A stretch of DNA of 47,169 nt from an uncultured Bacilli bacterium (GCA_947623855.1 CANQHW010000001.1:1-47169); one strand, 5' to 3'; numbered from the stretch's first letter, positions 18,039-28,541 are shown. Notes: generated from the letters alone by a model not told the origin. Program-made: numbers and translations.

Positions 18039-18831
18039 TGTTTATGGTGTGATTTTTAAAGATAAGGGAAGATTATATTACTTTAATGCTGGAGAGTTAG
18101 AGTGTCCAATAAACTCTAGTGTTATTGTTGAAGTAGAATCAGGATTACAATATGGGAAGGTTATTACGAAGATTGATTTAGAAAAAGAAAGTATTGATAT
18201 GAGTACTTTGAAAAATGTTTTGAGAATAGCAACAGAGGAAGATTATAATGTTTATTTGGATAATTTAAAAGATGCTAAAGAAGCTTTAGAATATGCTAAA
18301 GAAGCAGCAAAGAAGTTAGATTTAAAAATGACTTTTTTAGATGCTAGTTATACTTTTGATAGAAAGCAATTATTATTTAATTTTGTGGCAGAAGATAGGA
18401 TTGATTTTAGAGAGTTAGCTAGAGTTTTAGCAGGAAAATATCATACGAGAATTGAATTACGTCAGATAGGGGCAAGAGATAGAGCAAAAGCAGTTAATGG
18501 TATGGGAGTTTGTGGTAGAGAGTTATGTTGTTCTAGTTTTTTAAGAAAAATAGATGCTATAAGTATGAACATGGCCAAGAATCAAAATTTAGCTTTAAAT
18601 CCTAGTAAGATTAATGGATGTTGTGGACGGCTTTTATGTTGTTTAACTTATGAAGATGAAGATTATAGTAAAGCAAGAGTGGGAATGCCTGAGGTTGGGG
18701 ATACAGTAAGAATTGATGGTAAAAATGGGCAAGTAGTAAGTATTGATTTACTTGCTAGGAGTTATAAAGTTAATATTGATGGGGATATAATAGAGGAAAA
18801 AGCTAAAGAATATGAATATGACAAAGAATGA
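18031..18831 (+). CDS. ricT: PSP1-domain protein RicT (YaaT)
   Basis: 266 aa; PSP1 C-terminal core (…DRIDFRELARVLAGKYHTRIELRQIGARD…) and a Cys-rich segment (CGRELCCSSF…INGCCGRLLCCLTYE). Confidence 0.9.
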   Translation: MDNVYGVIFKDKGRLYYFNAGELECPINSSVIVEVESGLQYGKVITKIDLEKESIDMSTLKNVLRIATEEDYNVYLDNLKDAKEALEYAKEAAKKLDLKMTFLDASYTFDRKQLLFNFVAEDRIDFRELARVLAGKYHTRIELRQIGARDRAKAVNGMGVCGRELCCSSFLRKIDAISMNMAKNQNLALNPSKINGCCGRLLCCLTYEDEDYSKARVGMPEVGDTVRIDGKNGQVVSIDLLARSYKVNIDGDIIEEKAKEYEYDKE

Positions 18832-19531
18832 TTTATATGATTATGGATTAGATATTTATCAACTTCCGGATAAGTTTAAGTTTTCATTAGATTCTATTTT
18901 ACTGGCGGAGTTTGTGGAGAATAAGAAAGGAATAAAATCTATTGTGGATTTTTGTACAGGGAATGCTCCAGTACCTTTAATCTTATCTACGAGGTTAAAA
19001 AATGTAAAAATTTATGGGTTTGAAATTCAAGATGAGATTGCAAAGTTAGCGAGTTCTTCGGTAATTATTAATGGTTTAGAAGATAGAATAAAAATAGTGA
19101 ATGCTAATTTAAAAGATGCTTTAGAATATGTTTTACCGGAAAGTGTAGATGTTGTAACGTGTAATCCTCCATATTTTAAAGTAAGTAAAGATTCTTTAAC
19201 AAATGAGGATTATTCTAAGAGTTTAGCAAGACATGAGATAGCTACTAATTTAAATGAAATAGTTATGACAGCATCGTATATTTTAAAAAATAAAGGTTCT
19301 TTATATATAGTGCATCGACCAGAGAGATTAGAAGAGTTAATGATTGTTTTAAATAAGTATCATTTTAAAACGAAGAGTCTTTGTTATGTATATGCGGGTT
19401 TAAAGAAAAAGAGTATAATGGTGTTAGTTAAAGCGGTGAAGGGTGCTCAAAGTGGACTTATTGTCTGGCCTCCATTAGATGTGTTAAAATATAAAAGTTA
19501 TAAAGGCTTATTTGAGGGTGATAAGAAATGA
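18812..19531 (+). CDS. yabB: YabB/TrmN6-like tRNA (adenine-N6)-methyltransferase
   Basis: 239 aa; SAM-binding VDFCTGNAPVPL and the catalytic NPPYF motif. Confidence 0.85.
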   Translation: MNMTKNDLYDYGLDIYQLPDKFKFSLDSILLAEFVENKKGIKSIVDFCTGNAPVPLILSTRLKNVKIYGFEIQDEIAKLASSSVIINGLEDRIKIVNANLKDALEYVLPESVDVVTCNPPYFKVSKDSLTNEDYSKSLARHEIATNLNEIVMTASYILKNKGSLYIVHRPERLEELMIVLNKYHFKTKSLCYVYAGLKKKSIMVLVKAVKGAQSGLIVWPPLDVLKYKSYKGLFEGDKK

Positions 19532-20079
19532 AATTAATAGTTGGTTTAGGAAATATTGGAAAAGAATATGAAAATACGAGACATAATGTTGGATTTATGA
19601 CGATTGATAAGTATTTAGGTAAAGTTAAATTTAAAGAAACGATGAATGCTTTAGTATATGAAGAAGGTAGTGGTAAAGAAAAGGTAATTTTTATTAAACC
19701 TACTACTTATATGAATAATTCTGGAATGGCAGTAGAGAAAGTAAAATCTTATTATGATATTGCTTTAAACGATATTTTAGTTATTCAAGATGATTTAGAT
19801 TTAATGGTGGGAGATTATAAAGTAAAACTAAAAAGTAGTTCAGGGGGACATAATGGAATTAAATCGATTATTAATTATTTAGAAAGTGAAGAGTTTGCCA
19901 GATTTAAGATTGGAATTGGGCATGATCGCAGTTATGATACTAAAGATTATGTATTAGGTAAATTTAGTAAGGAAGAATTAAATAAAATTAATGAAGTAAT
20001 TGATATAGGAGTAAAAGCTATTGATACTTTTATTAAGGATGGTATTGAAAAAACAATGAGTGTTTATAATACTAAATAG
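19528..20079 (+). CDS. pth: Peptidyl-tRNA hydrolase
   Basis: 183 aa; LIVGLGNIGKEYENTRHNVGF. Confidence 0.96.
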   Translation: MKLIVGLGNIGKEYENTRHNVGFMTIDKYLGKVKFKETMNALVYEEGSGKEKVIFIKPTTYMNNSGMAVEKVKSYYDIALNDILVIQDDLDLMVGDYKVKLKSSSGGHNGIKSIINYLESEEFARFKIGIGHDRSYDTKDYVLGKFSKEELNKINEVIDIGVKAIDTFIKDGIEKTMSVYNTK

Positions 20080-20087
20080 GAGTTAAA

Positions 20088-23000
20088 ATGAAAGAGGTAG
20101 CAACGTTATTTAAATATCAAAATGAATTAAATGTTATAGGTCTAACAAAAGAGTTAGATGCTTTTTACGTTGCTAATTATTATTTAGAAAATAAAAAAAA
20201 TGTTTTGGTAGTTACAAGTAGCTTATATGAAGCAAACAAATTATATGAATTAATATTAAATTATACAGAAGATGTTTCTTTATTTCCAATGGATGATTTT
20301 TTTACATCAGTAGCTTTAGCTATATCACCAGAACTTAAGATTAAAAGATTGGAGACTTTAGAAAAATTAAAAACGAAGAAAAGTCAAATAGTGATCACGA
20401 ATTTAATGGGATATTTAAGATTTTTACCAAATAGTAAAGAAGAAAATGCCTTATCTTGGGAAATAAAAGTGGGTGAAAATATTTCCCGGGAAATAATGGT
20501 GAATAAGTTAGAACAATATGGATATAATAGAGATTCCTTAGTTACATCGACGGGCGAATATGCAGTACGAGGGTTTGTTATTGATATTTTTGTTACTTCG
20601 ATGGAACATCCTATAAGAATTGAATTTTTTGGCGATGAAATAGAATCTATAAGATATTTTGACGAAGATACGCAACTTTCTTTGGAAAGTATAAATAAAG
20701 TTGTCGTAACACCGTATTGTGAAGTTAAAACGGAAGTAAATAGTTCTTTGTTTGATTACATGGATAATCCAAGCGTCTTTTATTATGATTATGAGTTGAT
20801 TATGAGCGATTATCATAAGTTGTCAGAAGATATAATAAATTATAAAACTGCCAATGAAGTAACGGATGATTTTATGTTTAAAATGGAAGAGATAAATCCT
20901 AAGTATGAAATATATTTATCTGATTTAGATAATAATATAAGTAATAAGAAGGTAATATTTAATAGTATAGAGTTAGATAATTTTAATGGTAATTTTAATT
21001 TATTAAGTGAGTTTGTTAAGAAGTATTATAATCAAGGGAAAAAGGTAATATTTGCGTTATCTTCTAAGCAACAAGTAAATATTTTAAAAGAATATATAGA
21101 TAATTTAGTGTTAGTTAAAGAAGATAATATAAGTAATACCCAAGTAAATGCTTTAATTAAAAAAATTGGAAATGGGTTTATTTTAGATGATTTAGTGGTT
21201 ATATCGGAAAATGATATTGAAAAAGTAAATCGGGCTCCAATAAAATATAAAAATACTTATAAAATTGGGAAGAAAATTAATAGTTTTGGAGATTTGAATA
21301 AAGGGGATTATGTGGTCCATATTGCACACGGAATAGGAATTTATCAAGGGGTTAAAGTAATTGAAACTAAGGGAATTAAGAAAGATTTTATTGAAATAGA
21401 TTATCAAGGTAATGATAAAATTTATGTTCCAGTGGAAAAGATAAGTACTATATTTAAGTATTCTTCGAAAGATGGGATTGCTCCGAAGATTAATAAATTA
21501 AATAGTGTTAGTTGGCAAAAAACGAGAAGACAGTTACAAAAAAAGGTGCATGATATGTCTTTAGAGTTAATTAGGTTGTATGCTAAAAGAGCCCAAGTTA
21601 AGGGGGATGTTTATGAATATTATCCAGAAGAGGATGTTTTTGCATCTTTATTTACGTATACGCCGACGATAGATCAAGATAAAGCGATTGCGGAGATTAA
21701 GAAAGATTTGGAAAGTGCAGTACCAATGGACCGCTTATTATGTGGGGACGTTGGTTATGGAAAAACAGAAGTGGCATTTAGAGCAATGTTTAAAACTATT
21801 TTAAATAATAAACAAGTATTATATTTATGTCCAACAACAATATTATCCCGTCAGCAATATGAAAGTGCCAAGGAAAGATTTAAAGATTATCCAATTGAGA
21901 TGGCGTTATTAAATCGTTTTACGACAGCAAAAGAAAAAGCAAGAATTATAGAAGGACTTGCTAAGGGAACTATAGATATGGTCTTTGGGACACATAGGTT
22001 ACTAAGTAAAGATGTAGTAGTTAAGAATTTAGGTTTATTAGTTATTGATGAAGAACAACGTTTTGGAGTTGCTCATAAGGAAAGAATAAAAGAGTTAAAG
22101 ACGGATGTTAATGTTTTAACGTTATCGGCAACACCAATTCCAAGAACTTTAAAATTAAGTTTATCAGGGTTAAGAGATTTATCAATAATTGATACACCAC
22201 CAGTGAATAGATACCCAGTATCAACGTATGTTTTAAAAGAAAATGATTTAATTGTTAAGGAAGCAATATATAAAGAATTATCCAGAAATGGGCAAGTGTT
22301 TATTTTATATAATAAAGTAGCTAGTATTGAAAAAAAAGTAAGTGAAATAAAAGCTTTAGTACCCGAAGCGCGGATTGTTTTTGCTCACGGACAAATGAGT
22401 AAGACGGAATTAGAAGATGTAATGCAAGATTTCATTGATTATAAATATGATATTTTAGTGTGTACGACGATTATAGAAACAGGGATTGATATACCTAATG
22501 CAAATACATTGATTGTTTATGATGCTTCTAATTTTGGACTTGCGCAATTATATCAATTAAGAGGACGGGTTGGACGAAGTAATAAAATTGCGTATGCGTA
22601 TTTATTATATGATATGAATAAGATGTTAAATGATATTGCGGTGAAGAGATTACAAGCCATAAAAGAATTTACGGAATTAGGAAGCGGCTACCGAATTGCG
22701 ATGCGAGATTTATCTTTAAGAGGAGCGGGGGATATCTTAGGTAGTGAACAAGCTGGTTTTGTAGATGAAGTCGGAATTGATTTATATATGAAACTAGTGG
22801 AAGATGAGATTAAAAGGTTAAATGGTGAAGAAGTAGAGGAAGACGAAGAAGAGAAGTCTTTAGTAAATGTAGAAACTCATATTAGTGATGAATATGTAAG
22901 TGATGAAGATTTAAAAATAGTTATTCATCAAAAGATTAATGAAATAGATAGTTTAGAAAAATTAGAAAGTATTAAGCAAGAATTAGAAGATCGTTTTGGG

Positions 23001-23312
23001 AAGATAAGTGATAATATACTTACTTATATGTATGAAGAATGGTTTGAAAAATTAGCTATGAAGTTAGATATTACAAAGGTTGTTCAATCAGATATATATG
23101 TAGAAATAGAAATAAAAAGTAATATAACTAGTATGTTAAAATTTGATAAAATATTTATTCAATCTTATAAAATCTGTCCGAGATTTCAATTTAGAACTTT
23201 TGCTAATAATGTGTATATTCGTTTAAATTATCAAGGACTTCCAAAACATTTTGTCTATTATTTAACGGAGTTATTAAATTTAATTTATCAAGAATATAAA
23301 AAGGTAGTATAA
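20088..23312 (+). CDS. mfd: Transcription-repair coupling factor Mfd
   Basis: 1074 aa with CGDVGYGKTEVA, VIDEEQRFGV, LSATPIPRTL and QLRGRVGRS. Confidence 0.97.
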   Translation: MKEVATLFKYQNELNVIGLTKELDAFYVANYYLENKKNVLVVTSSLYEANKLYELILNYTEDVSLFPMDDFFTSVALAISPELKIKRLETLEKLKTKKSQIVITNLMGYLRFLPNSKEENALSWEIKVGENISREIMVNKLEQYGYNRDSLVTSTGEYAVRGFVIDIFVTSMEHPIRIEFFGDEIESIRYFDEDTQLSLESINKVVVTPYCEVKTEVNSSLFDYMDNPSVFYYDYELIMSDYHKLSEDIINYKTANEVTDDFMFKMEEINPKYEIYLSDLDNNISNKKVIFNSIELDNFNGNFNLLSEFVKKYYNQGKKVIFALSSKQQVNILKEYIDNLVLVKEDNISNTQVNALIKKIGNGFILDDLVVISENDIEKVNRAPIKYKNTYKIGKKINSFGDLNKGDYVVHIAHGIGIYQGVKVIETKGIKKDFIEIDYQGNDKIYVPVEKISTIFKYSSKDGIAPKINKLNSVSWQKTRRQLQKKVHDMSLELIRLYAKRAQVKGDVYEYYPEEDVFASLFTYTPTIDQDKAIAEIKKDLESAVPMDRLLCGDVGYGKTEVAFRAMFKTILNNKQVLYLCPTTILSRQQYESAKERFKDYPIEMALLNRFTTAKEKARIIEGLAKGTIDMVFGTHRLLSKDVVVKNLGLLVIDEEQRFGVAHKERIKELKTDVNVLTLSATPIPRTLKLSLSGLRDLSIIDTPPVNRYPVSTYVLKENDLIVKEAIYKELSRNGQVFILYNKVASIEKKVSEIKALVPEARIVFAHGQMSKTELEDVMQDFIDYKYDILVCTTIIETGIDIPNANTLIVYDASNFGLAQLYQLRGRVGRSNKIAYAYLLYDMNKMLNDIAVKRLQAIKEFTELGSGYRIAMRDLSLRGAGDILGSEQAGFVDEVGIDLYMKLVEDEIKRLNGEEVEEDEEEKSLVNVETHISDEYVSDEDLKIVIHQKINEIDSLEKLESIKQELEDRFGKISDNILTYMYEEWFEKLAMKLDITKVVQSDIYVEIEIKSNITSMLKFDKIFIQSYKICPRFQFRTFANNVYIRLNYQGLPKHFVYYLTELLNLIYQEYKKVV
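20481..20494. other. Noc-binding-site (NBS) palindrome, exact
   Basis: ATTTCCCGGGAAAT inside mfd. Confidence 0.6.
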
Positions 23313-23355
23313 AAAGGAGGATTTATCTCAAACTATTTTTAGGAGGGATAAATAC

Positions 23356-23802
23356 GTGAGTAGTGTTATTAAATCAATTGATGAACTGGGAAGAATTGTA
23401 GTACCTAAAGAGATTAGAAAAGAGTTACTAATTAGAAAAGATGATAAATTAGAGATAAGACGAATTGATGATAAAATAGAAATAACTAAAGTAATAGGTA
23501 ATGATAAATTAAAAGAATTATTATCTAATTATATGGAAATATTTAAAAATAATTTGGGTATAAATTTAGAAGCAGTTTTAAAAGATGAACAGGTAAAAGT
23601 CACAAGTAATTTAGAAAATACTAGTATTTCTAATGCTTTATTAAATAATGAAATGTCTTATTTTGAAGAAAAGGGGTATAAAGGAGTAGTACCAATATAT
23701 ATTTCTTCTGTGTGTGAAGGGGTATTATTAAGTAAGAATTCGAATGATATAAATTACTTAAAAGTATTACGAGATATTTTAGTAAGTACCTTAGAGATTT
23801 GA
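23356..23802 (+). CDS. spoVT: AbrB/SpoVT-family regulator (SpoVT-like by position)
   Basis: 148 aa, GTG start. N-terminal swapped-hairpin motif IDELGRIVVPKEIRKELLIRKDDKLEI. Immediately after mfd, as spoVT is in Bacillus. The C-terminal domain is divergent. Confidence 0.65.
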   Translation: MSSVIKSIDELGRIVVPKEIRKELLIRKDDKLEIRRIDDKIEITKVIGNDKLKELLSNYMEIFKNNLGINLEAVLKDEQVKVTSNLENTSISNALLNNEMSYFEEKGYKGVVPIYISSVCEGVLLSKNSNDINYLKVLRDILVSTLEI

Positions 23803-23858
23803 CAAGAAACTAATTTTATGTTATGATAAGTCCCCACAAATGAAAGGGGAAGAAAGAA

Positions 23859-24044
23859 ATGCAAGAAGAACTTTGTGAAAAGTTAGAAAAAGTTATTAGT
23901 GTTTTACCAAAATTATATGAAGAAGGAACTTTAAAATTAGAGGTATTGAAAAATATAGTAGAAGATTATTTAATTGCTACGAGTTTTAATAGTGAGTCTT
24001 TTGATTATGAAAAGTATGGAAAACATATTATTAAATTTAGTTAA
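23859..24044 (+). CDS. Hypothetical small protein
   Basis: 61-aa ORF with a GGGGAAGAAAG RBS-like stretch. No recognisable domain. Confidence 0.35.
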   Translation: MQEELCEKLEKVISVLPKLYEEGTLKLEVLKNIVEDYLIATSFNSESFDYEKYGKHIIKFS

Positions 24045-24066
24045 GAAACCTTATAAGGTAACAGAA

Positions 24067-24285
24067 ATGGAAAGAAATATTTATTTTGCTTATAATAATG
24101 ATAAAAATATTATTTTAAATGATCAAAATGTGTTAGCAGAATTTTTAAAATTATACAAACTAAGAAAAAGGGTTATAGGAAAGAAAGTAAATACTGAAGT
24201 AATGGATATTAAAGCGATGGCTTTAGCTAATGTTTTTGGTATTAGAAATATAGAAAGTCCAGTTTTAGAAAAGAAAATAGGATAA
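24067..24285 (+). CDS. Hypothetical small protein
   Basis: Internal ATG (MERNIYFAYNN…) of track ORF 23974..24285. The upstream part of that ORF overlaps the previous ORF out of frame. Confidence 0.3.
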   Translation: MERNIYFAYNNDKNIILNDQNVLAEFLKLYKLRKRVIGKKVNTEVMDIKAMALANVFGIRNIESPVLEKKIG

Positions 24286-24329
24286 ATACTTGTTAAAAGA
24301 AAGTATTTATGCTAAAATTTAGGTAATTA

Positions 24330-24525
24330 ACAAAGAAGAAATGGGTACCTATTGGATCTTTATAGAGAGCTTGTGGATGGTGGAAACAAGTAAGATAAGG
24401 TAGGGAGTATGAATTTTGGAGTTAAATCGTTGTTTCGCGTTAAGAATGTGAAGATGCATAGAAAGCTATGAATTAAGGTGGTACCGCGGGTTATTTGCTC
24501 GTCCTTAGTTAATAGCTTTTTTATT
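24330..24525 (+). promoter_or_regulatory. T-box leader (probable Met specifier) controlling the HAD-metG operon
   Basis: Promoter TTGTTA, 17 nt, TAAAAT at about 24291-24319. AGAGAG box at ~24364. Candidate specifier AUG-A at 24409-24412. T-box core GGTGGTACCGCG at 24477-24488. Terminator AAGCTATGAATTAAGG / CCTTAGTTAATAGCTT plus a T run. Ends are approximate. Confidence 0.8.
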
Positions 24526-24533
24526 TGGGAAAT

Positions 24534-24547
24534 ATTTCCTGGGAAAT
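24534..24547. other. NBS-like palindrome (1 mismatch)
   Basis: ATTTCCTGGGAAAT versus ATTTCCCGGGAAAT, preceded by the partial copy ATTTGGGAAAT. Confidence 0.4.
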
Positions 24548-24558
24548 AGGGTGAGAAG

Positions 24559-25182
24559 ATGAAAGCAGTTATTTTTGATTTAGATAATACTTTGATTGAT
24601 TGGAAAGATGAGTTTATTTTTGCTTTAGAGAATGTTTTAAAAGAGTTAGGGTTAAGCTTTTCTAAAGAAAAAATAGAGATGATTAATAACGCTATTGATG
24701 AGGTAGAAAATCATTATGAAAAATTAACGAAGAAAGATTTTTTAGAGTTTGTTAATCGAATGTGTAAGGTAAATTTATCTAAGGAGTTTGTTGATAAGTT
24801 AATTGATGCCCAAAAAGAATGTAGTTATTTTGATGAGGAAGTAAGAGATACTTTAGAATATTTAAGTAAGAAATATAAATTGTATTTAATTACGAATTGG
24901 TTTACCGAAACTCAGGAGGGAAGGTTAGAAAAAGCGGGGATTTTAAAATATTTTACCAAAGTATATGGTGCAGACATAAATTATTATAAACCGAGTATTA
25001 AAGCTTTTGAGGTTATATTAAAGATGTATGAAGCAAAAGATTGTGTTTATGTAGGTGATAGTTTAAAGAAAGATATTTTACCAGCTTTAAATGTTGGAAT
25101 GAATGTGATATGGAAGACAACGGAAGAAAATGAAAATTATCAAACTATTAAATTAATTAAAGAATTAAAAAATATATTATAA
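24559..25182 (+). CDS. HAD-superfamily hydrolase
   Basis: 207 aa; motif I VIFDLDNTL, ITNW, and GDSLKKD. Confidence 0.85.
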   Translation: MKAVIFDLDNTLIDWKDEFIFALENVLKELGLSFSKEKIEMINNAIDEVENHYEKLTKKDFLEFVNRMCKVNLSKEFVDKLIDAQKECSYFDEEVRDTLEYLSKKYKLYLITNWFTETQEGRLEKAGILKYFTKVYGADINYYKPSIKAFEVILKMYEAKDCVYVGDSLKKDILPALNVGMNVIWKTTEENENYQTIKLIKELKNIL

Positions 25183-25199
25183 ATAAAGGAGAAATGATT

Positions 25200-26735
25200 A
25201 TGGAAAAGAAAAAATATTATATTACAACCCCTATATATTATCCAAGTGCGAATTTTCATATAGGACATTGTTATACGACGATTGTGGCGGACGCTATTGC
25301 AAGATATAAAAGGTTAGATGGATACGATGTGTTTTTTCAAACAGGAACGGATGAACACGGTCAAAAAATTGAAAATAAAGCGAAGGAAGCGGGGGTAACT
25401 CCAAAAGAATATGTAGATAAGATAGTTGATAATGCGAAAGATTTATGGAAAAGTTTAGGAATTAGTTATGATTATTTTATTAGAACAACTGATGAAAAAC
25501 ATGAAAAAGCAGTCCAAAAAATATTTAATAAACTTTATGAACAAGGGGATATTTATATGGGCGAGTATAAGGGACTTTATTGTACACCTTGTGAATCTTT
25601 TTGGACGGAATCGCAATTAGTGGATGGAAAATGTCCAGATTGTGGAAGAGAAGTAAAAGAGGTTAGTGAAGAAGCATACTTTTTTAGATTATCAAAGTAT
25701 CAAGATAGATTAGTGGAGTATATTGATAAGCATCCTGAACTTATTTTACCGGAAACGAGAAAAAATGAGATGATTAATAATTTTATTAAACCAGGGTTAG
25801 AAGATTTATGTGTATCTAGAACTTCTTTTACTTGGGGGATTCCGGTAACTTTTAATCCCAAACATGTTATTTATGTATGGATTGATGCTTTAACTAACTA
25901 TATTACTTCTTTAGGTTATATGGGAGAAGATGATACTTTATTTAAAAAGTATTGGCCAGCAGATGTTCATTTAGTAGGTAAGGAAATAGTTCGGTTTCAT
26001 ACGATTATATGGCCGGCGATGTTAATGGCTTTAGATTTACCATTACCGAAAAAGGTCTTTGGTCATGGATGGTTAGTTATTAATGGCGGAAAGATTAGTA
26101 AAAGTTTAGGTAATTATAAGGATCCAAGAGAATATATTAAGGATTATGGGGTTGATGCGGTTAGATATTATGCTTTAAGAGAAGTGCCATTTGGAAGTGA
26201 TGGGGTGTTCTCTGAAGAAAACTTAGTAACAAGAATTAATACAGATTTAGCAAATAACTTAGGTAATTTAGTTAATAGAACGATTAGTATGAATAATAAA
26301 TACTTTGATGGGATTATTCAAAGTGGAGAATATAAAGAAGATATTGATAAAGATTTAATAGATAGTGTTAAAGCTTTAAAACATGAAGTTGATGAAAAAA
26401 TGGAAGAACTAAAGGTGAGTGATGCGATTACTTTAATTATGGATGTTTTAAAGAAATGTAATAAATATATTGATGATACAGCGCCTTGGGTTTTAGCAAA
26501 AGAAGAAGATAAAAAAGAAAGATTGGGAACGGTATTATATAATTTATTAGAGAGTATTAGGGTATGTGCAGTATTATTACAAGCTTTTATTCCTACGACT
26601 GCGAAGAAGATTTTTGAACAATTAAATACTAAAGAAACAAGTTTTGCTAGTATTGCTAATTTTGATGGAATGAAAGTTGGAGAAAAGCTTGGAACACCGG
26701 AAATATTATTCCAAAGAATAGAGGAGCAAAAGTAA
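25200..26735 (+). CDS. metG: Methionine--tRNA ligase (short form without the C-terminal tRNA-binding domain)
   Basis: HIGH-type FHIGHCYT, KMSKS-type KISKS, and zinc knuckles CTPCESF…CPDCG. ATG 25200 has better RBS spacing than the track start at 25194. Confidence 0.95.
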   Translation: MEKKKYYITTPIYYPSANFHIGHCYTTIVADAIARYKRLDGYDVFFQTGTDEHGQKIENKAKEAGVTPKEYVDKIVDNAKDLWKSLGISYDYFIRTTDEKHEKAVQKIFNKLYEQGDIYMGEYKGLYCTPCESFWTESQLVDGKCPDCGREVKEVSEEAYFFRLSKYQDRLVEYIDKHPELILPETRKNEMINNFIKPGLEDLCVSRTSFTWGIPVTFNPKHVIYVWIDALTNYITSLGYMGEDDTLFKKYWPADVHLVGKEIVRFHTIIWPAMLMALDLPLPKKVFGHGWLVINGGKISKSLGNYKDPREYIKDYGVDAVRYYALREVPFGSDGVFSEENLVTRINTDLANNLGNLVNRTISMNNKYFDGIIQSGEYKEDIDKDLIDSVKALKHEVDEKMEELKVSDAITLIMDVLKKCNKYIDDTAPWVLAKEEDKKERLGTVLYNLLESIRVCAVLLQAFIPTTAKKIFEQLNTKETSFASIANFDGMKVGEKLGTPEILFQRIEEQK

Positions 26736-27484
26736 TGAATTTTACGGATGCCCACTGTCATCTTACAAAAGAGTTTTATAATGATATAGGTAAAGTTATA
26801 GAAAAGTGTAGTTCTGCTGGAGTTACAAGATATATTGTAAATGCTACGGATTATGAAAGCGTTTTGGAAGTATTAGAGTTAGCAAAAAAGTATGAAAGTG
26901 TTTATGGGGCGATTGGATTACACCCTGAAGATGTCGACAAAGGGTTTGATTATAGAGTTTTAGATAATGCAATAGATAATAAAAAGATAATTGCTATTGG
27001 AGAGATAGGGTTAGATTATCATTATGATAATTATAATAAAGAAAAAGAAATAGAAGCTTTTAAAAAACAATTAATTTTTGCTGAAAAGTATCATATTCCA
27101 GTGATTGTGCATAGTAGAGATGCAACGCAAGATACGTTAGATATTTTAAAAGAGTATAAGGTAACTGGGTTAATACATTCTTTTTCAGGAAGTTTAGAAA
27201 TAGCAAGAGAGTATATAAAAAGAGGATTTTTATTGGGTATTAATGGAGTGATAACTTTTAAAAATTGTAAGATTAAAGAAGTATATAAAAATATTCCTTT
27301 AGAAAGTATTGTTTTAGAAACAGATTCCCCTTTTTTAACACCGGTACCATATCGAGGTGAAAAAAATGATCCATCGCACATTATTGATATAGCAAAGTTT
27401 GTAAGTGATTTATATGGGATTAGTTTAGAAGAGTTAGAAAAAGTAACTAATGCAAATATAGATAGAGTGTTTATGAATAAGTAA
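26735..27484 (+). CDS. tatD: TatD-family metal-dependent DNase/hydrolase
   Basis: 249 aa with DAHCHL, IGEIGLDYHY, VIVHSRDA and LETDSPFL. TAATG overlap with metG. Confidence 0.93.
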   Translation: MNFTDAHCHLTKEFYNDIGKVIEKCSSAGVTRYIVNATDYESVLEVLELAKKYESVYGAIGLHPEDVDKGFDYRVLDNAIDNKKIIAIGEIGLDYHYDNYNKEKEIEAFKKQLIFAEKYHIPVIVHSRDATQDTLDILKEYKVTGLIHSFSGSLEIAREYIKRGFLLGINGVITFKNCKIKEVYKNIPLESIVLETDSPFLTPVPYRGEKNDPSHIIDIAKFVSDLYGISLEELEKVTNANIDRVFMNK

Positions 27485-27485
27485 T

Positions 27486-28340
27486 TTATTTATGCTCTAT
27501 TTTTTTAGTTTCGTTAATATATTGATATGGGAGTTTATTTTGTTTTGTTATAATTTTTTCTCCTAGAAGGTATTCAATTTCATTTCTAGTATTTTTAGCA
27601 ACTTTTCCTCCAAGATGAGCAACTTTAATATTTTCTTGTAAGCCTTGAGGTTTTCTTTTTTTAGCTAGTCTTTTGTTAACTTCTTCGCTTATATCAGATA
27701 AAGATATTTCAATATTATCCATATTATCGCGTAAGGATTCTTTTCGAAGACCTTTAAAGTTTTTATATTCTTTAGCAGTCATTCCTGACCAGGTTTTATA
27801 TATTTCGTTAGTAAGAATTGCAAACTCTTTGGTGTCTTTAATTCCATTTTCTTCCCATACATCGGTAAGTTCTTTTCGGTCTTGAATACTTTGAAGTCTT
27901 TTGGCAATCCATTTTTCGTCATATCCTTTATTTCGATATAAATTAATAGCTTTACTTGCTGCTAAAGAAGGGTCGAATATTTCATCGATTCTTTCTTTAC
28001 CTAATCTCGCCAGCCATAGTTTAAAAGGTTCGGCATTTTTTGATGGAACTGATTCGATGATTCTAAACATACCTGCAATATCCACAACATCAGTAAGACG
28101 ATATTTTCCATCTTGGGCTTTTAATTTTAACTGGTGACAATTTGTCACCGTTTCGTTTCCTTCTTCTTTTAACCGTTGTTTTAATTTGTTCCAATATTTC
28201 CTATTATCTTTACTTTCTACTAAAGCACCGATGATATCCACGACACTTAGGTAATATTTTTCTTCAGTATTATTCCATACAGTTCTTATTGTTTTGTTAT
28301 TGAATATTTTGTTAATTAAATACATTTTTTCTTGATTCAT
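27486..28340 (-). CDS. Bro-N / DinD-like (DNA-damage-inducible protein D family) protein
   Basis: 284 aa. The N-terminal Bro-N-like region (IRTVWNNTEEKYYLSVVDIIGAL) and the C-terminal part (…LTNEIYKTWSGMTAKEYKNFKGLRKESLRDNM…) have the same layout as E. coli DinD, as I recall it. It is the only minus-strand gene within the plus-strand block. Confidence 0.6.
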   Translation of the reverse strand: MNQEKMYLINKIFNNKTIRTVWNNTEEKYYLSVVDIIGALVESKDNRKYWNKLKQRLKEEGNETVTNCHQLKLKAQDGKYRLTDVVDIAGMFRIIESVPSKNAEPFKLWLARLGKERIDEIFDPSLAASKAINLYRNKGYDEKWIAKRLQSIQDRKELTDVWEENGIKDTKEFAILTNEIYKTWSGMTAKEYKNFKGLRKESLRDNMDNIEISLSDISEEVNKRLAKKRKPQGLQENIKVAHLGGKVAKNTRNEIEYLLGEKIITKQNKLPYQYINETKKIEHK

Positions 28341-28541
28341 AATTATTTTCTCTTTTATATATTTTCGTTTTGTAAAATAAATATAGCAAATATTAGTTCG
28401 CGCGTCAAGAGGATATTTATAATAGGGGGATATTTATTTAAAGAAGAAAGGTGTAAAAATTATAGAATAAATAACACATTTAATCATATATATTAATATA
28501 TTATAAATAATTAACAGTTAATGGTAAAAGCTGCACATTTT

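Noticed and set aside
23859-24285. Two overlapping small ORFs (23859..24044 and 23974..24285) considered as one frameshifted gene.
   Set aside because: There is no recognisable domain on either side to show continuity and no homopolymer at the overlap. They are left as two low-confidence hypothetical ORFs.
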